A DNA stretch of 64,000 bases from Mytilus edulis (lineage: Eukaryota): the NCBI RefSeq assembly GCF_963676685.1, contig NC_092352.1, positions 19,468,001-19,532,000 on the forward strand, written 5' to 3'. The notes below the pieces were generated by a model that worked only from the letters and a program-made list of their open reading frames with translations, searched no databases and had not been told where the DNA came from. Numbering within the stretch: position 1 is the stretch's first letter; every line of letters starts with the position of its first letter. This document shows positions 62,480 to 64,000 of this stretch, piece after piece. The translations under genes were made by a program, and so were the position numbers.

Positions 62480-64000
62480 ATATAAGTATTACGAATTGTC
62501 TTAATTGTCAATTAGCTATAATCTGTCTCCTTTTGTGGCGTTTGTGTCAAAGATAATAATCCTAGATGTTTACTTCAAATATAAGAGATAAATGCATACA
62601 TTCTTTTTTCAATTTTCAGTAATAGTGCAATGAGCCAAAATTATATGCAGAATTTCACCAAATCTGCTTTCCCTTCAAGCAGTTTCATATTGACTGTTAA
62701 ATCAGTTGTCAAAACCAATATTTTCTTTTTTTTTTGTGTTTTTCTTGAGAACAGTTTCAAACATTTTTGTTTAATCTGACCAATTTTTGGTGAGTGATTG
62801 AAGCATTTAACTGGTTCTCCTCGTCCAACTTGAGAGCAAAGCGAGTGATTTTGTGATTAAATGTTATGCATGTTAGATAAGCCTAAGAGTAATTATTTTA
62901 AGGCGAGAATTAATGACAATAATTATTAACCCATTTGGGAAAAGAGAAAACGTAACAAGGTCACTTTTATTCGAATTAAAAATTTAAATGCAATTAACAT
63001 ATCTTGAATCGTGTCTTAAGTTATTGGTAAAAAAACCATCAAGTTGAGATCTTGTAATTGATAATTAGATATGAAAACCGACAACTTAACCCCACTAATA
63101 TTTTGCAACAAAATGTATTTTACAAAGATGTAAAATTAATGTGTGGTAATTTATTTTGTTGTGTAAAGTTGTTGCTCATATTAGTTTTGGCCAAAAACTA
63201 TGCGTGAAATTGACATTTTGAGTCATATGCGTAAATTTCGATATGTTTTTGAAGCCATTTTAACATAGAAAGTAATCTTTCTCTACTGAAGAATTCAGAT
63301 ATTATAAACCTGTTAAATTATCAATAGAATAATACGAAAGGCTTGAACAGGATTACTACTTCTGAAATTTCAGGGGTCAAACAATTGCTCTTATCATAGC
63401 GCCTCCGTCTGCAGTTATAAAGCTTATAGAGAAGACAGACAAATAAAAAAACAAAAAACAAAAAACAAAAGACCCCAAAAGATATTCTCACCATGTTATG
63501 GTTTTTAACTAACTTTTTACAGATCTATATGTGAACAAAATAATCTATCAGAAGATCAAAAGTATTGTGTAAAGGTTAATGTAATGATGTAAAATCAATC
63601 TTAGATGCATGTGGTAGGAGTTTTATATATTGAATGATCAATTACATGTCAAATTCAAGTATTGAAGTCACCAGGCTGAAGCAAGCGAACAATAAGGCGA
63701 TATATCTAAAATCAGAAAAAATCGAAAAAGACAACAACGGCCGATTATAAAAAATATTTTAAAGGCAGGCAATCCGTCCATAAAATGAATTTTACATCTC
63801 CATCATGAAAAGGTGTTTATAAAACAAGCCACATGCCTTCCATTCGGAGCCAATAGTAAAAACAACGGTTCGGTGATCAGTATGAAGACTTTTTTTTTAT
63901 TTTTTTTTATTTTTTTTTTTTTTTAAATATAAGCAATGTCGCGCATTGATTTTTCTCTCTAAAAATACATCGCCGGGGAATAATTTGTGCAAATGTAGAT

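Overview
AT-rich, intron-containing animal genomic DNA. The repeat families look like those of a bivalve, probably Mytilus; this is inferred from recognised repeats and was not verified. Three spliced genes can be assembled by eye: TMEM26 (+, 3 coding exons, 359 aa, 12.6 kb first intron), a small J-domain/DnaJ-like gene (-, 4 exons, about 129 aa) and a divergent PRD-class Q50 homeobox gene (-, 4 exons, about 239 aa). The rest is mostly nested mobile DNA: a decayed CR1/L2-type LINE, an internally deleted Ginger2-like transposon, a CAC...GTG element with a 5-bp TSD, Harbinger-, Kolobok- and TA-type MITEs, Helentron-like elements, a V-domain tRNA SINE and a 50-bp satellite. Three items stand out. 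(1) The shared core of several otherwise unrelated high-copy interspersed repeat families maps onto a type-P5 twister ribozyme, with compensatory base changes between families. (2) A young 1.7-kb LTR element has identical TA...TA LTRs, a tRNA-Ala PBS and one intact zinc-knuckle/coiled-coil ORF, with no capsid or pol. (3) There is a minimal type I hammerhead ribozyme. All coordinates and alignments were done by eye.
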